From: a virus
IMG/VR virus record: IMGVR_UViG_3300006903_000012
Length of the DNA stretch: 64,000 nucleotides
Reading direction: 5' to 3' (one strand)
The notes under the pieces are model-generated. The model was not told the origin of the DNA and made no database searches. It saw only the letters and a program-made list of their open reading frames with translations. Shown in pieces: positions 16,217-23,927 of the stretch. The position numbers were made by a program, and so were the translations under genes. The stretch's first letter is position 1, and every line of letters starts with the position of its first letter.

Positions 16217-19200
16217 GTTTTGTCATCCTCAATTCGTCCTAAAATTTCATAATGTTGCCGACCTACTGGCCGAGCTTGAATTTTTTGCAGCCAATTTTCT
16301 AAGGCTTGATTTGAATTGAACGCCATCACATCTGTTATTTTTGTAACCGGATCGCCAGCGTTATCAACTTCTTCTTTGACACGCACCGTTCGTCCGTCTA
16401 TTTGTAAATTCTTCAGTCGCTTTAATTTCTCAAAATTTCCACGATTGAAGAAATTCAAATCCGGCGGGCGTCCATCATCTGGATCATGTACACCAGAATA
16501 ACCAGTGCCAGTATAGAACGCTTTCTGCTCTAGCTCAGAATATTTAGAATCATATTCATCCATCCACATTCTCAAAGACAGATGATTAATACTATTAACA
16601 TGAACACTTTGATCTGGTAAATCTACATCATCAAAATAAAAATAACCTTTGCCTTTAACAAGTTCTGTTTTCGTCCTGCCCGTAACCTTCAGTGCTCGAT
16701 TAACTTGAGCAACTGTTTTAGGAGTTTTACTGAAATCCATTCCTGATTCTTTTTCCAAATTTCCTGCATGAGTCTTCTGATCGTGTTTGCCAGCTTGGTG
16801 TTTAACTAAAATCTCATACCCATCTTTTTGTAACTGTCGCGCCGCTTGTTTCAACTCACCTTCAACAATAAGACTCTTAACAACTATTGGCAACTCATCA
16901 TCGAAATCATATTTCCCATTATTACTCTTTACGACTGATCGAACTAATGCCGGCATCTCAGGTTTGTAATATTCAAACCCATAATGCAGCACCATGTCTA
17001 AAAAGTCTTCATAGTAACGCTTCAAGTTCTCGTCATTGACCGATTGTAGATCTTCTGTCTTAGCCCGGTCTTTGATAAACTGCTCAAATTCTTTTCGATA
17101 TTGTCCGGGGATTTTTTCAGCATAGCTATCAAATCCCAAAAGTGATTTTTCAGTCTTGGAATTACCAAAAAGATAAAACTCTTTTTCATTTCCCAGATAC
17201 AACCACACCCCAAACACATCCCATGTTACTGCTAATTCTTTCTCAGCCCCCATTGAAGTTAACTGGTTATCTGAAACTGTTACATGGGGTTTATATCCGC
17301 CCGCTTCCCACGTTCGATCTGGTGCCTGCCCATTCGACAACAAACCCGCCACCAAATCATCATGTAGATGTTTTAGGGCGGGTGTGATTTTGACTTCTGC
17401 CACAGACACTTCTTGCAGGGTTATTATAGTGCCGGTCAGGTTGAGTGTCAAGGATTTTTGATCGTATTCAGAACACACTTTTTCGATAGTTTTTCTTATC
17501 GCCAGTGAGTCAAAATACCGATCCATTTTTCCTAAGTAAACTAGTGTGATATGTGGCTCAGACTTTTTGAAATCTAACAGGTTAACTATCTCATTCGGGA
17601 CCGATAGAGCAATCATACAGGTATCATCATGCTCAGCTTTTTCTTCAACTATCTTCGACCCTTTGATTCCCTTAGCTCCAAAAATCTTGGCTCGGCCCGC
17701 TCGGATATCATCTATCGGCAAATCACCTACATCCACCAAAGCCGCTTCAACATACTCATCGGCATCGGTGCCCCATACAATTCCTGCATAAGCATAATTG
17801 CCGCCGAGCACATCTATCTCACTGTCACTAATTACCGGCACCAGACTATATTGTTGTAGATAATGCTGCGCATCGGCTACACTATCAAACCGAGACCGCT
17901 TACCAATTTGATCGGGCTGACCCCATGAATTCATGGGAAGAGATTTTTCTTTAATGGTTGTGCGATATGTTTTGTCGCCTTCTGGATCCTTCCAATCTGA
18001 AACAACCTTAACCTTTGTATTGCCTGGAACACCGAAATACTCAAGTCCACTCAAAGCTGATTTTAGATTCTGATAGGCCCGATCTTCATTATTTCCAGCT
18101 CCCATCTGACCAAAGGCTGAACCGATCCACGGATCACCTCCCTCGGTATCTACTAGAACAAGCCGAACTGCTCGATTAAATGCCGCCTGTGATAACTCGG
18201 CACTATATGCAAGCTCATGGTGACTTGTATCATTCTCAATCTGGCGACCCGCATACCACTTTCCATCTACTTTAATTAATAAAAGATTGAGATGTTTCTT
18301 AATTTCAGACTTTGTCGGGTGCCAGAACTTGTCTCGTTGATAGCTCCCGGGACCAAGCTCTGAGTAATATGACACACTGGGTTTACTAAATTTGTGCTCA
18401 ACCGCAGGTTTACCAATATCTTCTGGCACAGGAGTAGAAGAAAGAGCGCCGGCATGCTTTTTCTGATTATGCTTTCCCGGTTGGTGTTTCTCAACTGCTT
18501 TCTTATTTTCAGCAATAATTCGTTGCGTCTCTTGTTCCAGAATTTCTTTCAGCTTCGCATTCGACTCATCACCGTTCCAATAATGTCCGCCATCTTTCAA
18601 AAAGTCTTCGAATTCTTTTGGGTTCGACTGCAAGTTGCAATGGCAAGTCATGGGATGCGCCGGTGGATGTTGTGTTGTCTCACCGTCGAACACCGTTTCA
18701 TACTCAAAGTCTAAAGGCACAAATCCTTGCTCTTCATTTTGAGTACAAATATCACACACATCGTACCCACGCGTGATCCAACCTTTAGTCTTCAATCCCA
18801 CTGCTGTCATTTGATCTAGAGTCGCCCGAGAATCAGCCCAATTCAATTCCGTATTTACAATTGAACGAATGCGCGACTCACTTAACTTACCAGCATCTTT
18901 CTTAAATTTCAAACCAAAAAGATTCGCCTGGATATAATCGACAATTTCTTCGCTGCTCAAACCATTATCATAACCAGTCAAAATATTTTGCCGAAGGAAA
19001 TATTTTGTTCCACTATCGACATGCTGAACTAATGTGGCTGCTCGTGCATCTAACAGATCAATCACCGACGGATTAGTCAGAATGAACTGAAATTCTTTTG
19101 GTAACGTCAGTCGATCAGCCAAACCCGCTTCAAACATTTGCTGCTGAATATCTTGAACAGCCGTCAGAGAGCCTTCAGAATATGCTTGCCGCAAAATATC

Positions 19201-21270
19201 TAACAACTGATCTTGAATATCAGGCAGACAATACCAATCTTGCTCATTTAGAATATCGTCGAGTTTTTCAGATGCGGTAATTTCCGCTTTTTCTATTAAA
19301 TCAATTTTAGATTTTTCTTCATGGTTAATATTCCATTCCCAGATCTTTCCAGTTTTTGTTTCAGATATGATCTTACCCCCAAGAGCTTCGTTCATTGAAT
19401 TTGGCCGAATATTACCATGCTCAACATAAGCTCTAACAGAGTTAATACCCGACGATGCAAGTAACTTAAATATAGCATTTGCTGTTTCTTTTCCAAATCC
19501 AGAACCAGAACGTGACGAATCTATTCGATTGAAGTAGGCATAATCACGATCATTATTGGGTAACTCTACTGTTGCAGTTACTACTATATCATCTTTAGGA
19601 AGTGCATTTTCTAACCAATTTTCTTTTCTTAACCTATCGTTTATTTTAGCATCAAAGAAGAGCCTGTCGCCGGATTGAGTAACAGTTATGTCTAACCTAT
19701 CTGTGTGAATTTTACTGGGAATATTATCTTTTTTACCATACTCACCAGCATGTGATTCTTGATCGTGCTTGCCGGGGAGGTGTTTTTGTATTTCGTTATC
19801 TAACTCAACCAAACTTTTATACTCTTCAAGCGGCGCAACTAATTCTTCCAAATGCTCAATAGTTAACTGATTACCGACTTGCTTAAAAGACTCTTGCAGT
19901 AATTTGCTAAACTTCTTAACTGTCTCACTTGAGTTTCTTAATTGCTTGCCGTCCGCTAACAAATCTTCCGCCAGCGATTTAGCATATTGTTGCATCTCGC
20001 TGTAAGCACTGTCTATTTGATCGAGAGCTTCAGGTTTGTTAGCATCTTCTTGCAGGCCACCGATCGCTTCAGTATCTTGATCGATAGAATCCAGACTATC
20101 ACTAGGGAAACTATCCATACCTTCAAGCCCCGGAGCCGCTGGTAACCCGCTTGTTTTCACGTCAATAATTTTCCACGCCTCAGCTTGTTTCTGAGCATCA
20201 ATCGGTTTCAAGATCGGTTGATTACCAGTCAAAGTCATTAGCATCGTTGCACGTTTACCAGCCAGATCTGCTTGCACACTCGTCTCGCCGGTCATATCAA
20301 TTTTGAACTTGAACTTGAACCCAGATGCAGTCGACATCAGAATCTTTGTATTAATGAGATCCTCGACTAATTGAGCATAGAAACCAGTGCCCGCTCGCGA
20401 CGATACTTTTGAAGACGCTTCCACACCCGCCAATGTACGATCATGCTCAAAGATTCGCAAATCGCCAATTGACAATCCAAACGCAGCACACACCATTTCA
20501 GCAAAACGTTTGAAATTCTCAATCATATTCACATCAGCCGGCGAAAGAGTTAATGGAATAAATCTCGCCGGCTTTGTGTGATCGTACAACAGTGGCATTT
20601 TCATGGGATCAATGTCATTCCACATTTCGCGGAAACCTGTTGCCCATGCGATTGCTTCTGCTTCAGACATATCCATAACATCCAAAATCCCAGCCATCGG
20701 TGTGTTACCCAATTGCTTGAGATAATAAAGATAGATGCGCGAGAGAGCTTCAATCGATAAAAATGCACTTTCAACTGGCGCTTCTTGAAATACTTTGCGA
20801 GTCAAATCAGTTCGTGGTTGAGTAATCAAACGAATCACATCGCCACGACCAAAATAAACTCGATCTAATCCATTATAGGGATTGATCTGTACAAACGGAA
20901 TGTCGCGATCATAGGTGGGGTATAATGTTTCACCATCAATATGATAGAGACCACCAATGATTCCGTCCATTTCAGGATTCGCCACAACTTCAGCATTTCC
21001 CGCAATGGGGAGAATTAGAGCATCTTGCAGCATGCGCGACAACCATACGTCCCAACCATCACCATCATCTGCATCCGCCAGAACTTTCTCGAGATACATT
21101 TTCATCTCGCCTTGTTCTTCTGGCTTATCACTAACTATTTCCCATTCCAAAGATACAAGTTCGCGCAAGATATGCCGAATACAAAGCTTTGTAATCGGCT
21201 CCGTCGCAACTTGATACTTCCACTGAGCTACCGACAAGCGAGTTGGGTTAGCTAAATAAAGCGGTTGCAA
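16201..21270 (-). CDS. portal protein fused to GNAT-like, MuF/SPP1 gp7-like and 2H phosphoesterase-like domains (main exon)
   Basis: 1689 codons. The N-terminus has a portal-like LSVAQWKYQVATEPITKLCIRHILRELVSLEWEIV. A GNAT-like RSGSGFG..N..MNEALGG lies at about 19330-19700. A MuF-like NTELNW..CDIC..HPMTCHCNL lies at about 18630-19200. 2H motifs PHITLVY (17521-17553) and KPHVTVS (about 17270) are present. There are three His-rich motifs. The track start is TTG with no RBS, consistent with a 3' exon. Confidence 0.75.
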   Translation of the reverse strand: MQPLYLANPTRLSVAQWKYQVATEPITKLCIRHILRELVSLEWEIVSDKPEEQGEMKMYLEKVLADADDGDGWDVWLSRMLQDALILPIAGNAEVVANPEMDGIIGGLYHIDGETLYPTYDRDIPFVQINPYNGLDRVYFGRGDVIRLITQPRTDLTRKVFQEAPVESAFLSIEALSRIYLYYLKQLGNTPMAGILDVMDMSEAEAIAWATGFREMWNDIDPMKMPLLYDHTKPARFIPLTLSPADVNMIENFKRFAEMVCAAFGLSIGDLRIFEHDRTLAGVEASSKVSSRAGTGFYAQLVEDLINTKILMSTASGFKFKFKIDMTGETSVQADLAGKRATMLMTLTGNQPILKPIDAQKQAEAWKIIDVKTSGLPAAPGLEGMDSFPSDSLDSIDQDTEAIGGLQEDANKPEALDQIDSAYSEMQQYAKSLAEDLLADGKQLRNSSETVKKFSKLLQESFKQVGNQLTIEHLEELVAPLEEYKSLVELDNEIQKHLPGKHDQESHAGEYGKKDNIPSKIHTDRLDITVTQSGDRLFFDAKINDRLRKENWLENALPKDDIVVTATVELPNNDRDYAYFNRIDSSRSGSGFGKETANAIFKLLASSGINSVRAYVEHGNIRPNSMNEALGGKIISETKTGKIWEWNINHEEKSKIDLIEKAEITASEKLDDILNEQDWYCLPDIQDQLLDILRQAYSEGSLTAVQDIQQQMFEAGLADRLTLPKEFQFILTNPSVIDLLDARAATLVQHVDSGTKYFLRQNILTGYDNGLSSEEIVDYIQANLFGLKFKKDAGKLSESRIRSIVNTELNWADSRATLDQMTAVGLKTKGWITRGYDVCDICTQNEEQGFVPLDFEYETVFDGETTQHPPAHPMTCHCNLQSNPKEFEDFLKDGGHYWNGDESNAKLKEILEQETQRIIAENKKAVEKHQPGKHNQKKHAGALSSTPVPEDIGKPAVEHKFSKPSVSYYSELGPGSYQRDKFWHPTKSEIKKHLNLLLIKVDGKWYAGRQIENDTSHHELAYSAELSQAAFNRAVRLVLVDTEGGDPWIGSAFGQMGAGNNEDRAYQNLKSALSGLEYFGVPGNTKVKVVSDWKDPEGDKTYRTTIKEKSLPMNSWGQPDQIGKRSRFDSVADAQHYLQQYSLVPVISDSEIDVLGGNYAYAGIVWGTDADEYVEAALVDVGDLPIDDIRAGRAKIFGAKGIKGSKIVEEKAEHDDTCMIALSVPNEIVNLLDFKKSEPHITLVYLGKMDRYFDSLAIRKTIEKVCSEYDQKSLTLNLTGTIITLQEVSVAEVKITPALKHLHDDLVAGLLSNGQAPDRTWEAGGYKPHVTVSDNQLTSMGAEKELAVTWDVFGVWLYLGNEKEFYLFGNSKTEKSLLGFDSYAEKIPGQYRKEFEQFIKDRAKTEDLQSVNDENLKRYYEDFLDMVLHYGFEYYKPEMPALVRSVVKSNNGKYDFDDELPIVVKSLIVEGELKQAARQLQKDGYEILVKHQAGKHDQKTHAGNLEKESGMDFSKTPKTVAQVNRALKVTGRTKTELVKGKGYFYFDDVDLPDQSVHVNSINHLSLRMWMDEYDSKYSELEQKAFYTGTGYSGVHDPDDGRPPDLNFFNRGNFEKLKRLKNLQIDGRTVRVKEEVDNAGDPVTKITDVMAFNSNQALENWLQKIQARPVGRQHYEILGRIEDDKTWPTL

Positions 21271-21542
21271 TTTGTTACAAAGTCTTACAGACCTTTGAGT
21301 AAGTCATTTCTGCTCACTTCTTGCAATTCCTATTTCTTGCAAGTTCAGACTATATCATTATCTTTCTTCAAGATAGTTCCCACATAGTCGTTACACACTT
21401 CCGCAGATGCGGGTTGGCTCGGTATTTGGACTCTCACCATTCACCGAATTCGAGAACTGTTACAACATCCATTACTGGATGAAGCCGCCAAGTTGACGGG
21501 TTAAGTAGGGGGGCGGTTGCTGTATACTCGTCGGCGCAACCG
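21271..21542 (-). mobile_element. ORF-less group I intron (type 1) near the 5' end of the portal gene
   Basis: P1 is AAGU|CG..CGGCUU with a U.G pair. P2 is CAUCCAGUAAUGGAUG. The P4/P5 block is ggctcggtatttggactctcaccattcaccgaattcgag (21417-21455). R is tagtcgttacac (21385-21396) and S is gttcagactatatc (21343-21356). The 3' end is GUAACAAAUUG at 21271. Confidence 0.65.
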
Positions 21543-21563
21543 ACTTCTGTACAATAAGTTCAT
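21543..21563 (-). CDS. portal protein, proposed 21-nt exon 1 (MNLLYRS)
   Basis: The ATG at 21563 overlaps the TGA of the upstream endonuclease gene (AUGA). The exon ends at the U of the P1 U.G pair and joins in phase 0 to CAA CCG CUU (QPLYLANP..). This is an inference only. Confidence 0.35.
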
Positions 21564-22432
21564 CTGCCATCAATATTTCTCCTGAGAAATAATTTCTCAA
21601 CCCGAGCAACTTGCTCTTTTGTGTTCTTCAAAAGTTTTGTATCCCAAATCACAATAACCTTATACCCTGCATCTTTATATGCTTGAATTCTTTTCTTATC
21701 TCTTGGATTATCTTTCGCATGCCAGTAGACACCAAAAAGCTCAACAATTATTTTCTTATTGGTATTTACAAAATCTGGGTTAAACCTATTTACCCAAAAT
21801 GCACCGTTACCCACATATCTAAAACCAAATCGCTTTAGATATCTCATCAGAAGTTTTTCTGGTTTATTTGGACTTCTAGGTTCTAATCGTTTCTCAATAA
21901 CTGCATCTTTCTCACTATCTGACAAACCATCCCAATATTTTCTGAGTGATTTAGAAAGTTTATCTGACCTGAGTTGCTTAGCTTTCCTTGGTGTACGCAA
22001 CCAAGTTTCGGTAACAGATTGCGAAATCTTTTTAGCTATTTCTTGTTCTTCCTCGGCAGTTCGTCTTTTGTGTACTCGCTTAATCGCTTTCGACAAACTT
22101 TTACGAAATTCAGCATCACGCTCAGGAGTAAAGTTTCTTCTGGCTTCCGCTGATTTCCTACCAATTCGTTGTCTTTCTTCTATCGGTACCTTAGCATGTC
22201 TTTTCTTTTGAATCCTTGAAATTCGAGCACAAACTTCGGCAGAGTATTTATTGCCCTTGTTGGGCGATGGTCGACCCAAATTCTGGACAGACAGCAGAAA
22301 CTTAGTCTCATCACTCATCACTCGACCGTTGTGATGATTGATAAATCGTCTTCCAAAATTCGCTCGTTCACCACATCCACATAGACACAACGGTCCTTTT
22401 TTAGATTTAGACTTTTGTTTTCGGCCTGCCAT
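21560..22432 (-). CDS. homing endonuclease, Vsr/PD-(D/E)XK-like (EDxHD-type), apparently free-standing next to the portal intron
   Basis: 290 aa. The N-terminus has CLCGCG..HH and basic repeats. The C-terminus FRYVGNGAFWVNRFNPDFVNTNKKIIVELFGVYWHAKDNPRDKKRIQAYKDAGYKVIVIW is paralogous to the three capsid-intron ORFs. Confidence 0.7.
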   Translation of the reverse strand: MAGRKQKSKSKKGPLCLCGCGERANFGRRFINHHNGRVMSDETKFLLSVQNLGRPSPNKGNKYSAEVCARISRIQKKRHAKVPIEERQRIGRKSAEARRNFTPERDAEFRKSLSKAIKRVHKRRTAEEEQEIAKKISQSVTETWLRTPRKAKQLRSDKLSKSLRKYWDGLSDSEKDAVIEKRLEPRSPNKPEKLLMRYLKRFGFRYVGNGAFWVNRFNPDFVNTNKKIIVELFGVYWHAKDNPRDKKRIQAYKDAGYKVIVIWDTKLLKNTKEQVARVEKLFLRRNIDGR

Positions 22433-22461
22433 AATAGACTAATCTCTTTTCACCAATAAAT

Positions 22462-22914
22462 TTATACCGGCAGAATCGCCACAATTTTTACTCTAAATGT
22501 ATCTTCACTAATTGTCTGAGTCACGGTAAATCTAGTCCGTCGACTAGCACCCCGAAGTGTCAAGGTCGCTGAAGAAGCAAACATCGCAACCCCAGCCACA
22601 TCCCATCGCAATAAAAATTCATCATCAACCTGTGATCGGTGCACTAATTCTTTCGACCAATCTGTATAACTATATGTAATTTCTTCAGGTTCAGAGTCTT
22701 CGACAGAAACACTATGTGATCGAAATAATTTTGTAGTTGAATCGACTAACGCAGAATTTGCAGATCCAGATAAAGCTGCAAATAAGTTAGGATAATTCTT
22801 TCTAACCTGGGCCGCATGTTGACCTAAATCCATCAGCGCTTCATCATAAGCCACTTCACCCGAAAAGACTTTCTCTAAAGCTGCTAACACCGCATCTAAT
22901 TCTTTATTTGCCAT
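22462..22914 (-). CDS. hypothetical protein
   Basis: 150-aa ORF with ATG start, located between the zincin protein and the endonuclease gene. Confidence 0.5.
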   Translation of the reverse strand: MANKELDAVLAALEKVFSGEVAYDEALMDLGQHAAQVRKNYPNLFAALSGSANSALVDSTTKLFRSHSVSVEDSEPEEITYSYTDWSKELVHRSQVDDEFLLRWDVAGVAMFASSATLTLRGASRRTRFTVTQTISEDTFRVKIVAILPV

Positions 22915-22943
22915 ATAATATTTTCTCGATTCAATCTATCGTC

Positions 22944-23927
22944 TTATAAATTAGATTTCTCTTTAATAAAAAATGCCGATGCAGGAGGTGTCGGTTCGTC
23001 CGAATATCCTTCCCAATCATCGGGAGTTTTATCACTTAAAAAATTAGTTAGGAATTCTGCACGTTTTGGATATCGTTCAGAAAAATAATCAGGAAGAGTG
23101 TAAAACAATTCAACTGACGTTGCAAAATCTTCTGACAAATTAGTCTTACTTAGATGTGCAGAATGGATTTGTCTAGCGTTTTTCTTCTCACTATTGATTA
23201 CATTTTTCCAAAGCTTAGATCTGCTAAAACTTAAAGAACCCTTACTGGCACCCATTGCAGCGTCCAAATTATGTGCCAACTCGTGAATCGCTGACCGTTC
23301 ATCGGTATAATTCAAAACTGGTGGATGAGAGTCTTGTTCTTCAAGTGGACGACTCACTACGGAAAATGTCCCAGCAATTCCAGTAACAAACCCTTTCTTT
23401 CTAGAAAAAACTCTCTTCCTATATTTAGAAATTTCATTCTTTGCCCAAGACGGAAATCTTCCTAAAGCCTGCTCATAAACCGCTGCATCGTTCTCGTAAG
23501 TCGCAAAATTTCTAACCATCGAACCAGCATGCGTTTTCTGGTCATGCTGGCCGGGCAAATGCTTTCCAATACTTCCACTTGTCTCTTTCCGGCCCACTAA
23601 CATCTTCAATCGCCCCTTCGGCGTCAATAGCAACGTCCGAGTTGTACCACCTGCACTACCATTACTTGTTTCTAACTGCTCAACTAAACCTTGTCGCACT
23701 AATTCGTGAATCTCATTTTTGTGCTGCATCCAATAAACATCTGAAAGTGCGTGACCTTCAGTTTCTATTTTGTAGAGAATTTCAGATTCGAAATTAGATT
23801 GGCCGAGTTGAGATTCGTCGATATTAGACTTTTCAACAGATGCTCGTCTCTTCGGATCATGCAAAGAATGTATCTCAGTAACTAAATCAAGAACATAGTT
23901 CCCATCGCTATCAGTATAAATTTTCAT
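22944..23927 (-). CDS. virion-associated zincin-like metallopeptidase domain protein
   Basis: 327 aa. Contains the HExxH motif AIHELAHNLD (about 23268-23300) and one His-rich motif, KHLPGQHDQKTHAG (about 23545). Confidence 0.6.
   Translation of the reverse strand: MKIYTDSDGNYVLDLVTEIHSLHDPKRRASVEKSNIDESQLGQSNFESEILYKIETEGHALSDVYWMQHKNEIHELVRQGLVEQLETSNGSAGGTTRTLLLTPKGRLKMLVGRKETSGSIGKHLPGQHDQKTHAGSMVRNFATYENDAAVYEQALGRFPSWAKNEISKYRKRVFSRKKGFVTGIAGTFSVVSRPLEEQDSHPPVLNYTDERSAIHELAHNLDAAMGASKGSLSFSRSKLWKNVINSEKKNARQIHSAHLSKTNLSEDFATSVELFYTLPDYFSERYPKRAEFLTNFLSDKTPDDWEGYSDEPTPPASAFFIKEKSNL

Noticed and set aside
22462-22914. The 150-aa ORF as the 5' exon of the portal gene. A helix CUGCCGG/UUGGCGG with a U.G pair can be drawn with the portal intron guide region.
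   Set aside because: That splice would end the exon in codon phase 2, which does not fit the family-typical 3' splice site at 21271. The protein shows no portal-like sequence. The alternative 21-nt exon with an AUGA overlap fits both phase and P1 geometry better. Not fully excluded.
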